Shown here in pieces: positions 7,995 through 16,993 of a stretch of DNA of 35,609 nucleotides. Each line of letters starts with the position of its first letter. Within the stretch, counting starts at the first letter, position 1. The notes beneath the pieces are model-generated. The model had not been told where the DNA came from. It was given only the letters and a program-made list of their open reading frames with translations, and did no database searches. Source of the DNA: Candidatus Saccharimonadia bacterium (GTDB lineage Bacteria > Patescibacteriota > Saccharimonadia > Saccharimonadales > Saccharimonadaceae); NCBI GenBank assembly GCA_023259925.1, contig JALRDS010000049.1:1-35609 (forward strand). Direction: 5' to 3'. Made by a program: the position numbers and the translations under genes.

Positions 7995-8816
7995 CTAAAC
8001 TGCAATTGTTTTTCGCTTAAATAACAGCGCAGCGAGTGGCATTGCCACGGCTATTGAACCGATGCACCAAATAGTCGCAAGCCAGACACTATCATCGACT
8101 GGTTGATTTAACATGAGGGCACGCACTGATTCGATTACGTGTGTAATTGGCTGATTTTCAGCAAACGGCTTTATCCAACTAGCTAACGTTTCAGTTGGCG
8201 CAAACGCACCGGACGCAAAGGTGAGTGGAAATACAATCAAAAAACTCATCCACTGCACGCCCTCAACAGATTTTGCGAGGACTCCCATAATGGCGCTAAT
8301 CCAGCTAAAGGCTAAGGTAAACAATACTAAAATTCCAATAATCGCCATCCAGGCACCAAAATCAGCATCTGGCCTAAATCCAAAAAGCAACCCGGTAATA
8401 ACCATTACTACGGTAGAGATTGCATTCCTGAACACATCTGAAATTACGTGGCCATTAAGCACAGCTATGTTACTCATAGGTAAGCTCTTAAAGCGATCAA
8501 CTATTCCGCGTTGTAAGTCATTTGCAACGGCTATTGAAGTTGTTGTGGAGCCAAACGCAAGTGTTTGCACGATGATACCTGCCATTAAAAAGTCGATGTA
8601 CGAGATATCATCCGGAAGCGCTAACCCAACCGCATTAAACACTGCGGTGAATAATACCAAAAACATAATCGGCTGAAAGAATGTTCCGAGTAATTGGTCG
8701 GTGTTCCGCAAAATATACGTACTACTGCGTTTCACCATAAGCAAACTGTCGTACACGTTTGATATAAACTTCGGCCTACTAACAAACTCTAGTTCAACTG
8801 GCTGTTTCTGGCTCAT
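7995..8816 (-). CDS. ABC-2 type transporter permease (DrrB-like)
   Basis: 273-aa polytopic ORF, overlapping by 4 nt the upstream ATPase gene. Confidence 0.8.
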   Translation of the reverse strand: MSQKQPVELEFVSRPKFISNVYDSLLMVKRSSTYILRNTDQLLGTFFQPIMFLVLFTAVFNAVGLALPDDISYIDFLMAGIIVQTLAFGSTTTSIAVANDLQRGIVDRFKSLPMSNIAVLNGHVISDVFRNAISTVVMVITGLLFGFRPDADFGAWMAIIGILVLFTLAFSWISAIMGVLAKSVEGVQWMSFLIVFPLTFASGAFAPTETLASWIKPFAENQPITHVIESVRALMLNQPVDDSVWLATIWCIGSIAVAMPLAALLFKRKTIAV

Positions 8817-9766
8817 AATTTTCCGCCTTTTTGATTGCTTTTGCCCGTTAGACTCAGGAACACATCATCAAGTGTTGGTTTATGAATTGCCATTGAGCTA
8901 ATGCTTACTTTCTCTTTCGTAAGAATAGCCAGCGCCTGTGCCACGTCTTTGTTGGTATCATTAATAATTAATGTCACAGTTAACTCTTTTTTGTTGCTAT
9001 CAACGACTAACTTGCCTAGTGCTCGTTCACCCGCTCTGAACTCTGTAAGTTTTTTGAACGTAAGCTCCAAGCGGTCTTTACCTACTTTTGCTTTTAGCTG
9101 CTTGGCGGTGCCCTCAGCAATTACCTTTCCGCCATCAATCACTACAATATTGTCGGCAAGTTGATCGGCTTCTTCTAAATATTGAGTGGTGAGCAAGATG
9201 GTTTTACCGTCTGCTTTCAACCTATTAATAATGTCCCACATAGCAATACGACTACGCGGGTCAAGCCCAGTAGTTGGTTCATCTAAAAAGATGATAGGTG
9301 GAGTTGCAATTAAGCTCACCGCCAAATCCAATCGCCTGCGCATACCACCAGAGTATGTCTTAACCGATCGTTTCCCTGCATCGACTAAATCAAACTGCTC
9401 AAGCAACTCATCTGCACGCAAGGTAGCACTACGTTTTGTTAAACGATAAAGCTGGCCCATCATTATGAGGTTTTCCCGGCCAGTTAGGATTTCATCTACA
9501 GCAGCGGATTGTCCAGTAAGACCTATCACCGCCCGCACCTTATCAGGGGACAGGGCAACATCGTGCCCCTCTATTGTTACGGTACCCGCATCGAAGCCAA
9601 GTAGCGTACTCATTATACGAACTGTAGTCGTTTTACCCGCACCGTTTGGCCCTAATATCGCCAGCATTGTGCCGCGCTTAACGGTTAAATCAACCCCGCG
9701 AAGAACTTGGTTTTTACCATATGACTTTCTAAGTCCTTTTACCGTAATGGCTGCTTCTGAAGTCAT
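8813..9766 (-). CDS. ABC transporter ATP-binding protein (DrrA-like)
   Basis: Walker A GPNGAGKTT, signature YSGGMRRRL, Walker B IIFLDEPTTGLD. Start placed at Met 9766 (MTSEAAITVKGL) with an AAGGAG SD, rather than at 9814. Confidence 0.9.
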   Translation of the reverse strand: MTSEAAITVKGLRKSYGKNQVLRGVDLTVKRGTMLAILGPNGAGKTTTVRIMSTLLGFDAGTVTIEGHDVALSPDKVRAVIGLTGQSAAVDEILTGRENLIMMGQLYRLTKRSATLRADELLEQFDLVDAGKRSVKTYSGGMRRRLDLAVSLIATPPIIFLDEPTTGLDPRSRIAMWDIINRLKADGKTILLTTQYLEEADQLADNIVVIDGGKVIAEGTAKQLKAKVGKDRLELTFKKLTEFRAGERALGKLVVDSNKKELTVTLIINDTNKDVAQALAILTKEKVSISSMAIHKPTLDDVFLSLTGKSNQKGGKL

Positions 9767-9823
9767 AGCTCTCCTTAGCACTGATGAATATATTTTTAGT
9801 GTAGCACCGTTCAATAAATATGG

Positions 9824-10288
9824 TTAGCTTCGCGTCACCTTCACCATACTTGGGCGCATCACTACGCCGTCAACCTTGTAACCTGACTGGAGTTCCTCGG
9901 CAATCACTTCGTTCTCACCTTCTGCGTCTTCGTCAAATTGCACCGCTTCGTGCAAGTCAGGATTGAATACTGTTCCGGCAGTCGCTTCAATGCGAGCAAC
10001 TCCCATGTCCGCTAGTGACTTTTCAAGATTCTTACTCAGCTTAACCACACTACTAGCCCAGGTGTTATCAGCCAACTCTTCAGGCATATGTGAAATCGCC
10101 CGTTCAATGTTATCAACAACTGGAAGTAGCTTCATAATTGCGCCAGCACGGCCCGAAGCACGAGACATCTCTTTCTCTTGCTCAACACGCTTTCTGTAAT
10201 TTTCAAAATCAGCTCGCGTGCGCTGCAAGTCGAGCGTTAATTCTCCTACTTGCTGCTCTAGTTCTTCCTGCTTTTTACTTTTAGCCAT
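9824..10288 (-). CDS. grpE: nucleotide exchange factor GrpE
   Basis: 154-aa ORF with RTRADFENYRKR and a C-terminal beta domain (GYKVDGVVMRPSMVKV). Confidence 0.93.
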   Translation of the reverse strand: MAKSKKQEELEQQVGELTLDLQRTRADFENYRKRVEQEKEMSRASGRAGAIMKLLPVVDNIERAISHMPEELADNTWASSVVKLSKNLEKSLADMGVARIEATAGTVFNPDLHEAVQFDEDAEGENEVIAEELQSGYKVDGVVMRPSMVKVTRS

Positions 10289-10290
10289 TG

Positions 10291-10425
10291 TTAAAACATC
10301 CCCAAAATTCCATTAATTAAACTAATAATTGCATTTACGATTGCTGAAATGATCGTAACAATCGCACTTACAATTGCACCAATTATCCGAACAATCCCAT
10401 CGGTTAGTGCAGTAATAATTTCCAT
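10291..10425 (-). CDS. unannotated 44-aa hydrophobic peptide between hrcA and grpE
   Basis: Below the ORF-track size cutoff. Manual translation gives MEIITALTDGIVRIIGAIVSAIVTIISAIVNAIISLINGILGMF. GGAGG (10439..10435) lies 9 nt upstream of ATG 10425. The ATG is 1 nt after the hrcA stop, and the TAA stop is 2 nt before the grpE ATG. Confidence 0.6.
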   Translation of the reverse strand: MEIITALTDGIVRIIGAIVSAIVTIISAIVNAIISLINGILGMF

Positions 10426-10426
10426 A

Positions 10427-11131
10427 CTATAAAACCTCCTCTAGCATTGCGCCGGTTTGACGCACTAAACGCATTACCCTTGCGTAGCTTTGCCTGGTTG
10501 GGCCAAGCACTCCTATGTAGCTTCGATCAGAATACGGTGATCGAAACCTACTTATTATGAGCGTTGCGCCACTACTCTTGCCGATTGGATTCTCGCTTCC
10601 AATAAATACATTCAGCGGCTCATTCGGTGCTGCTTCTCTTAGCCACGGTTCAAGGTTGTCGAGCAAGCGTGCAACACTCTGCGCGTTAGTCCCCTGCAAA
10701 AATTCTGGCTGACTGAACAGATTGCCCATGCCGCTTATGTATAACTCGTCACCAATGGTGGCTAGTCCTAAATTCTGTGTCAAATCCACAAGACTATCCA
10801 CCGCAGAACGAATTGCCCTGTCAGATCTTGTACCGTGAGTCGATACCCTTGCCTCAATCGCCCTCGCGCTACGATCAAGCTCATCAACGGTATCTGCCCT
10901 GTTAGTTAACAAATTCACATAAAAGCGATAGCCTTTGTCTGTAGGGATACGCCCCGCACTCGTGTGTGGCTGCGCAATTAGCCCAAGCTCTTCTAGCTTT
11001 GCCATTTCACTACGGACTGTTGCGCTCGACACGTTGAATAGCTTAGCAAGCGTAACACTGCCAACCGGCACCGCTACTTCCGCATACTGTTCAATGATTG
11101 CCGTTAAGATTGCAATTTGACGCTCTGTCAT
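10427..11131 (-). CDS. hrcA: heat-inducible transcription repressor HrcA (short form, 234 aa)
   Basis: N-terminal winged HTH: MTERQIAILTAIIEQYAEVAVPVGSVTLAKLFNVSSATVRSEMAKLEELGLI..HTSAGRIPTDKGYRFYV. CIRCE sites are present in the window. Confidence 0.9.
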   Translation of the reverse strand: MTERQIAILTAIIEQYAEVAVPVGSVTLAKLFNVSSATVRSEMAKLEELGLIAQPHTSAGRIPTDKGYRFYVNLLTNRADTVDELDRSARAIEARVSTHGTRSDRAIRSAVDSLVDLTQNLGLATIGDELYISGMGNLFSQPEFLQGTNAQSVARLLDNLEPWLREAAPNEPLNVFIGSENPIGKSSGATLIISRFRSPYSDRSYIGVLGPTRQSYARVMRLVRQTGAMLEEVL

Positions 11132-11138
11132 AGAGTCA

Positions 11139-11179
11139 ATTATAGCGAATAATTGGCACTCTGGTCAAATGAGTGCTAG
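11139..11179 (-). promoter_or_regulatory. hrcA promoter with CIRCE-like operator; leaderless start
   Basis: TTGGCACTC-N9-GAGTGCTAG at 11153-11179 overlaps the stop of the upstream gene. On the minus strand the spacer carries TTGACC (11168..11163). After 18 nt comes TATAAT (11144..11139), then 7 nt, then ATG 11131. Confidence 0.75.
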
Positions 11180-11889
11180 GGGCGAGCCTTCAGCTCTTCC
11201 AAAATATCTCGCGCTACCAATCGCGCCTCATCATCTTCCCTACGAAAATGGTCCGAAGCATGAGCAATCTCGCTGGCCGAGGCGACACTTCTCTGCAAAT
11301 CATCATTAATAACAAAATGATAGTATGGTACGCGTAATGCTGATTCCAGCTCTTTAATTGCACTACTGCGTCGCTTTGGCCACTCAGCTTCGAACGCTTC
11401 GGCTGTAGTATACCGTTTTGCCAAACGTTCACGCCATGTTTCATAGCTCGGCGGTAGAATGAACAGTGCTACTATACGCTGTGACAATTGCTTATATTCA
11501 GCAACACCTTGTACGTCTATATCGGTAATTGAAATCTTACCTGCATCCTGGCCTACTTTAATTGCTGCAGCCGTTGTACCGTACAACGTATCTCCGTGAA
11601 CACTTTTCACTTCCACAAACGCTTTTTCCTGCATTAAGTATCGAGCTTCATCGAGAGATATAAAGTTATACTCTCTGCCATCTTGCTCTAAAATGCCATT
11701 ATTCATTCGTGGCTGCCTAGTAGTATGCGAAACAATGTCTGCAAAGTCTGTACTTTTTAATAGCTCGTGTTTTATCGTATCTTTGCCGGCACCTGCAATA
11801 CCAACAAGTAGCGCGATTCTTGAGGAGCGAACTAAAGAAACTGTTGCTTCGTTTGGTTCGTAGTTGTTAACAAGCTTTTCTAAATCCAT
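11176..11889 (-). CDS. guanylate kinase-like P-loop NMP kinase
   Basis: P-loop GIAGAGKDT and SHTTRQPR...DGREYNFI resemble Gmk motifs (GxxGxGK[ST]; TTRxPR..E..G..YxF). The C-terminal extension is longer than in a typical Gmk. Confidence 0.6.
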   Translation of the reverse strand: MDLEKLVNNYEPNEATVSLVRSSRIALLVGIAGAGKDTIKHELLKSTDFADIVSHTTRQPRMNNGILEQDGREYNFISLDEARYLMQEKAFVEVKSVHGDTLYGTTAAAIKVGQDAGKISITDIDVQGVAEYKQLSQRIVALFILPPSYETWRERLAKRYTTAEAFEAEWPKRRSSAIKELESALRVPYYHFVINDDLQRSVASASEIAHASDHFRREDDEARLVARDILEELKARP

Positions 11890-11921
11890 ACCCTATTCTA
11901 TCATTTGCTATACTGCAAGTA

Positions 11922-13439
11922 GTGAAACAACTTTCTATTCTCAGTACAAAGTTCTATGCATTCTTAGGTACAAATTATTTCTTTTATGCATCGCTTGGCT
12001 TTTTCCTCATAGGTGTTCTATGGATGCTGCTCGCCAGTTTATACCCCATGGCATTCGATGAAGAGTTTCACTTAGGGCTCATACAAATTTATAGTACCAG
12101 TCTTATCCCTTATGGCATCGAAACTAATTCGAACATGGCCCAGTATGGCGCCGCAACTGCCGACCCTTCTTACTTGTTCCACTATCTACTCAGTTGGCCC
12201 TACCGAATTCTGGTTACAATGCAGCTACCAATCGAGGTAGTTATTATCGTTCTACGACTCATCAGCCTTGGTTTTATTATTGGATCACTCTTTATCTACA
12301 GACTTTTTTTAGAAGAGGCAGGCGCGTCTCGTCGAGTGTCAAACCTGACTTTAGCCGTCTTCATGTTTATTCCAACATTCGCTATGCTTGCAGCACAAAT
12401 AAACTACGACAGCTTGTTACTGCTAATTGTAGCTATATGCTGCTTACTGACCATTCGGATGACAAAACATGTCAAACAATACAAACAATTTCCAGCTAAA
12501 GAAACATGGCTTCTAGCGCTCTTCGTATTGATTGGGTTGCCAGTCAAAAACGCATTCCTGCCGCTGGCGGTAGGCTTCTTTCTATGGACTATAGCGTTAG
12601 TTCTATTTACACGATATAAACTATCGCAGCCGTTCAGTCGGCTACTGCATCGGTTTTACGCAGGCACGAAAGCACTTTCAAAAAACGCGAAAATAACCCT
12701 CAGTATATTTGGCATGCTCGGTATTTTCTTTTCTGCCCATTATGTAACAAACTTTATAAGCTACGGCACTCCATTCCCGAGATGTGATGATGTATTCTCC
12801 AAACAAGCGTGTACTGCATACGGGCCATGGAATAGAAACCAACAACTTGCGCAAAACCTTGATTCAAACTTTCAGCCAAAATCAATACCACTCTATATTA
12901 CTCGTGACTGGCTACCAGGCATGGCTCAGCGACTCACGTTTGCTGTAGCCGGCAAGTCAAATAGTTTCCAAACAAAGCAACCATTTTTACTTGTTCTCAA
13001 TGGATATATTATCTTCTCAGTAATAGGCGCCCTGTTTCTTGGCTACCAACTGTTAGTCAATCGCAAGATATCTATGCTCTTACTGCTAACAGTTCTTCTC
13101 ACTACGTTATACTGTGGTATTCTTATCTATCAATTATATGGCTCGTACTTAAAAACAGGCGTGCCCGTTGCGATTAATGGACGTTACTTGCTACCACTAC
13201 TTCCACTCGCCGGCGCGGTATTGATTCAAGCTTTTAGTCTCAGTTTTCGCCGTGTACCTACATATATCAAGTCAATTACCGCTATTACGATTCTCCTATT
13301 TTTCAGTGTAATAGGCGCCGGCTGGGCTACCTATATTATCTCGGCGGAAGCACATTGGTTCTGGCCTGGTCTTGCGCAGTCAACCCACCAAATTCTACAA
13401 CCATTGCTCGATACACTAACTATTCAATTAAAAAATTAG
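11922..13439 (+). CDS. polytopic membrane protein, GT-C (ArnT/PMT-like) glycosyltransferase fold suspected
   Basis: 505-aa ORF with more than 10 hydrophobic spans and an acidic first-loop motif AFDEEFH. GTG start at 11922 lies 7 nt after TGCTATACT (11906-11914). Confidence 0.55.
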   Translation: MKQLSILSTKFYAFLGTNYFFYASLGFFLIGVLWMLLASLYPMAFDEEFHLGLIQIYSTSLIPYGIETNSNMAQYGAATADPSYLFHYLLSWPYRILVTMQLPIEVVIIVLRLISLGFIIGSLFIYRLFLEEAGASRRVSNLTLAVFMFIPTFAMLAAQINYDSLLLLIVAICCLLTIRMTKHVKQYKQFPAKETWLLALFVLIGLPVKNAFLPLAVGFFLWTIALVLFTRYKLSQPFSRLLHRFYAGTKALSKNAKITLSIFGMLGIFFSAHYVTNFISYGTPFPRCDDVFSKQACTAYGPWNRNQQLAQNLDSNFQPKSIPLYITRDWLPGMAQRLTFAVAGKSNSFQTKQPFLLVLNGYIIFSVIGALFLGYQLLVNRKISMLLLLTVLLTTLYCGILIYQLYGSYLKTGVPVAINGRYLLPLLPLAGAVLIQAFSLSFRRVPTYIKSITAITILLFFSVIGAGWATYIISAEAHWFWPGLAQSTHQILQPLLDTLTIQLKN

Positions 13440-13496
13440 TCGCGCTTCAGCATAACGGTAAAAGCCTCAGACGGGATATCGACTTTACCGAACCGC
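13436..13496 (-). pseudogene. ghost copy of the last 19 codons plus stop of lepA
   Basis: 61 nt align to 13581-13641 with 6 mismatches. On the minus strand it reads RFGKVDIPSEAFTVMLKRD*, identical to the live lepA C-terminus. No upstream reading frame continues the homology. Confidence 0.75.
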
Positions 13497-13505
13497 AAAT
13501 GATGA

Positions 13506-13552
13506 GGAGGGGCTCACCCCTCCACTTCGGTTTTGGAAATTAATTCCAAACC
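13506..13552. terminator. two hairpins between the lepA stop and its ghost copy
   Basis: GGAGGGG-CTCA-CCCCTCC at 13506-13523, and GGTTTTGGAA-ATTAA-TTCCAAACC at 13529-13552 with one bulged T. They are positioned to terminate both convergent genes. Confidence 0.55.
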
Positions 13553-13580
13553 ACGTACCACCCCCTAAAGACGCGTCTAG

Positions 13581-15359
13581 CTAGTCGCGCTTTAGCATAA
13601 CGGTAAATGCCTCAGAGGGGATATCAACTTTTCCGAACCGCTTCATGCGCTTTTTACCTTTGGCTTGTTTTGCGAGAACTTTCTTTTTACGAGAAACGTC
13701 GCCACCGTAAAGGCCTGTGGTCACATCTTTACGATAGGCACTCACATCCTCACGAGCAATAAACTTTCCACCTATTGCGGCCTGCAAACTTACCTGAAAG
13801 TTTTGGCGGGGAATAACCTCTTTGAGCTTTTTAACTGTCTCGCGGCCTAAGCTTACGCTTTCAGAGCGGTGAGCCATCACACTTAATGCATCAACAATTT
13901 CACCTGCAACATAAAAATCAACCTTCACTAAGTCTTCTGCGCGATACCCACTAAGTTCATAGTTAAAGCTCCCGTAGCCGCTCGTAACAGATTTCAATTG
14001 GTCATAGAAGTCAGTGAGTAAGTTGGCTAGGGGTGCATCAAAACTAATCAGGGCACGTTCATCTATGTAACTTAAGTTCTTCTGGAGTCCACGTTTCGAT
14101 ACGATCAACTGAATCACTGCTCCAATATATTCCGTCGGCACCACAATTTCGCCCTTAATCCAGGGCTCACGAATCTCAGTAATTTTTGTTACGAGCGGTA
14201 AATCAGAAGCCGATTTTATACTCAGCTCTTCGTCATCCGTCATGGTGATTTGATAGTCAGTACTAGGGTTCGTTACCACTAAATCAAGATCATACTCGCG
14301 CTCGAGGCGCTCACGGATAATATCCATATGAAGCAGCCCTAAGAATCCAATGCGAACACCAAAGCCTAATACTGGTGAGTTTTCCGGCTCAAATTGCAAA
14401 GCAGAGTCGCTCATAGCCAGTTTTTCTATGGCGTCTTTTAAGTCGTTATAGTCTTCATTCGAAACGGGGAAAAACCCAGCGTACACAAATGGACGAACAT
14501 TTTGATAACCCGGCAGCGGTGAATCAGAGTGGTGTCGCTTAACGGTAATAGTATCGCCAACTTTCGCGTCTCGAGTCGTTTTTAAGTTCGTAACAATATA
14601 ACCGATTTCACCAGTAGCCAGCGAGTCAGTTGACTTCATGGTTGGCTGCAGTGCACCTACTTCAAGCGCTAAACCATGAGCTCCGGTTGCTAGCATCTCT
14701 ATTGTGTCGCCTTTCTTGATTGAGCCATCTACTGTTCGTGTGTACAGTATAACGCCACGGTAGTCGTCGTAGTAACTATCGAAAATCAACGCTCGCGTGG
14801 CTTCGTTACTATTGCCACTCGGCGGGGCTACTCTATCTACGACAGCAGATAGCACTTCAGGCACCCCATCACCAGTCTTTGCACTAATTTTTAAAATATC
14901 AGATTCTTCACAGCCAAGTAAATTAATCACTTGAGCGGTCACTCGTGGTACATCTGCAGCGGGCAAGTCCACCTTATTGAGTACCGGAATAATTGTTAGG
15001 TTTGCTTCCATTGCAAGATAGACATTAGCAAGTGTTTGGGCCTGAATACCTTGGCTCGCGTCGACCACTAAAATGGCACCCTCACATGCTTCAAGGCTTC
15101 TGCTCACCTCATAACTAAAGTCAACATGCCCGGGCGTATCAATAAGATTTAGTTGATATTCACCATGCTGCATTCGCACCGGAGCTAGCTTAATCGTAAT
15201 CCCCTTTTCACGTTCCAAATCCATACTATCCAGGAGCTGGCTTTTCATATCCCTTTTATTCACAGTACCGGTTATTTCTAGTAGCCTGTCAGCAAGCGTT
15301 GACTTACCGTGATCAATGTGGGCAATGATACAAAAATTTCTGATATTATTCTTCGTCAT
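13581..15359 (-). CDS. lepA: translation elongation factor 4 (LepA)
   Basis: 592 aa. G-domain motifs AHIDHGKST, DTPGH and NKVD, plus the LepA-type C-terminus. Confidence 0.97.
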   Translation of the reverse strand: MTKNNIRNFCIIAHIDHGKSTLADRLLEITGTVNKRDMKSQLLDSMDLEREKGITIKLAPVRMQHGEYQLNLIDTPGHVDFSYEVSRSLEACEGAILVVDASQGIQAQTLANVYLAMEANLTIIPVLNKVDLPAADVPRVTAQVINLLGCEESDILKISAKTGDGVPEVLSAVVDRVAPPSGNSNEATRALIFDSYYDDYRGVILYTRTVDGSIKKGDTIEMLATGAHGLALEVGALQPTMKSTDSLATGEIGYIVTNLKTTRDAKVGDTITVKRHHSDSPLPGYQNVRPFVYAGFFPVSNEDYNDLKDAIEKLAMSDSALQFEPENSPVLGFGVRIGFLGLLHMDIIRERLEREYDLDLVVTNPSTDYQITMTDDEELSIKSASDLPLVTKITEIREPWIKGEIVVPTEYIGAVIQLIVSKRGLQKNLSYIDERALISFDAPLANLLTDFYDQLKSVTSGYGSFNYELSGYRAEDLVKVDFYVAGEIVDALSVMAHRSESVSLGRETVKKLKEVIPRQNFQVSLQAAIGGKFIAREDVSAYRKDVTTGLYGGDVSRKKKVLAKQAKGKKRMKRFGKVDIPSEAFTVMLKRD

Positions 15360-16984
15360 ACTTTTACGCCTCCAGAAACAAATCTCACAGCCATTGCAAT
15401 AATTGGTTTTGCCTCTTTTAACTGTAACACCCTGCTAAATAGCAAATAGGCAGCTAGGCTCACGCCTGCAATAAATGCAAATTTAGGAAATGCTACATAA
15501 AAACTGGAGTTAGCACCAACCTGAAATGGAATGAGCACGACCAAGGCATATGTAACAACCGACATTAAACCTGTCGCGAAAATCATGCGCCACACACCGC
15601 TCCAAAACTCTGCATTAAACAACCCGTTTAACCGTATCGACATAACAGCAAATAGAATGACCACCTCAACTGCAGCCATGATTGACTGGGCTAACGCCAA
15701 GCCATACGCACCCATGTCCAATACTGAAGTAAACCAAATGGCAAGCACAATATTAAGGCCAATGGCAAAGAACGAAATATAGAGTGGTGTTTTGGTATCT
15801 TGCTGAGCATAAAAGCTGCGTGCAGCAATATAGTATACCGAACGGAAAAATATAATACTCGCAAGCGCCCCAAGCAACCCAGCCATCAACACGTCACCCT
15901 CATTCTTGATAAATCCAATCACGTAGCCACGTGTAAAGAAAGTGATCGCGGCTACTGGCATGCTTAGCCAAATAATGACGCGAAGCACCGATCGTAGTTC
16001 AGACTTGAATAGGTCAGGCCTCCCCTCACCAAGTCGCTCAGTCATTTGTGGAAATGCTGCGGTAGAAATAGCCACACCAATAAGATTGATTGGCGCCATC
16101 ATTAATGTAGTTGCATAGTTATATGCGGTCAACGTACCCGCTGCCATACGTGAAGCCAAATTAGTCTCTACAATTCCTACAACGTAATCCATTCCTTGAT
16201 CGAGTGAACGAGCAGGTAGCAAACTCAGCACTTTTCGAAAACCTTTATTTTTCCAGTAAATTTTAAAATTGTAATCAAAACCGAGGCCAATAAGCCCAAT
16301 TGAGCTAACAATCAATTGTAATATCGAACCAAGCACAACCCCTAATGCTACACCCATTATTCCACCCTCAAACACCTGCCAGCCAAAGATCGTTATGCCA
16401 TTCGTGAAAAAGAAGATTCCAATAATAATACCAATGTTATATAAAATTGGGGCTAACGCGTAAAAGGTAAACCTACCGAGTGCCTGCTGGATACTCGCAA
16501 TCACGGTAGCAACCGCAAACAAGAATGGATTCACTGCAATCACCCGCATCATCGACACAGCTAGTGCTGAGCCAGTCTCTTTGAGTCCTGGAGCAATAAC
16601 ATAATTCATTAACGGTTCTGCGAAAATAATAATAACCAAACTGGCAATTAATGTAGCCAAGGCTAGTAGGTTCGTCAGGCTAGTTGATAGCTCCCAAGCC
16701 GACTTCTTATTACCACTCGCCATACGCTGATTAAACACCGGTATAAACGTAACGCTTAGCGCGCCAGATACCAAAATGAAGTACATAAAGTCTGGCAGCA
16801 GGAACGCTGCATTATATGCATCGAGACCAATTGGGTAGGTTTCGTAGTACGTATTTGTGAGCAAGCGAATGCGCACTATACCAAACACCATTGAGGCCAT
16901 CAGGGAAATAGATAAAAGAGCTGCCGCAAACTGCACAGTCAGTTTGCGGTTCGCCCTTGACACAACACTCTGGAATCGGCCCAT
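15356..16984 (-). CDS. murJ: lipid II flippase MurJ (MviN family)
   Basis: 542-aa polytopic ORF with an MviN-like N-terminal region (GLDAYNAAFLLPDFMYFILVSGALSVTFIPVF). Its stop overlaps the lepA start by 4 nt. Confidence 0.85.
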   Translation of the reverse strand: MGRFQSVVSRANRKLTVQFAAALLSISLMASMVFGIVRIRLLTNTYYETYPIGLDAYNAAFLLPDFMYFILVSGALSVTFIPVFNQRMASGNKKSAWELSTSLTNLLALATLIASLVIIIFAEPLMNYVIAPGLKETGSALAVSMMRVIAVNPFLFAVATVIASIQQALGRFTFYALAPILYNIGIIIGIFFFTNGITIFGWQVFEGGIMGVALGVVLGSILQLIVSSIGLIGLGFDYNFKIYWKNKGFRKVLSLLPARSLDQGMDYVVGIVETNLASRMAAGTLTAYNYATTLMMAPINLIGVAISTAAFPQMTERLGEGRPDLFKSELRSVLRVIIWLSMPVAAITFFTRGYVIGFIKNEGDVLMAGLLGALASIIFFRSVYYIAARSFYAQQDTKTPLYISFFAIGLNIVLAIWFTSVLDMGAYGLALAQSIMAAVEVVILFAVMSIRLNGLFNAEFWSGVWRMIFATGLMSVVTYALVVLIPFQVGANSSFYVAFPKFAFIAGVSLAAYLLFSRVLQLKEAKPIIAMAVRFVSGGVKV

Positions 16985-16993
16985 ATAGCGATT

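Noticed and set aside
13436-13641. Classical attL/attR of a prophage or integrative element inserted in the lepA 3' end
   Set aside because: Only 84 nt (two hairpins) separate the copies, and no integrase, excisionase or phage genes occur anywhere in the window. It is kept as a recombination scar in the findings, not called a mobile element.
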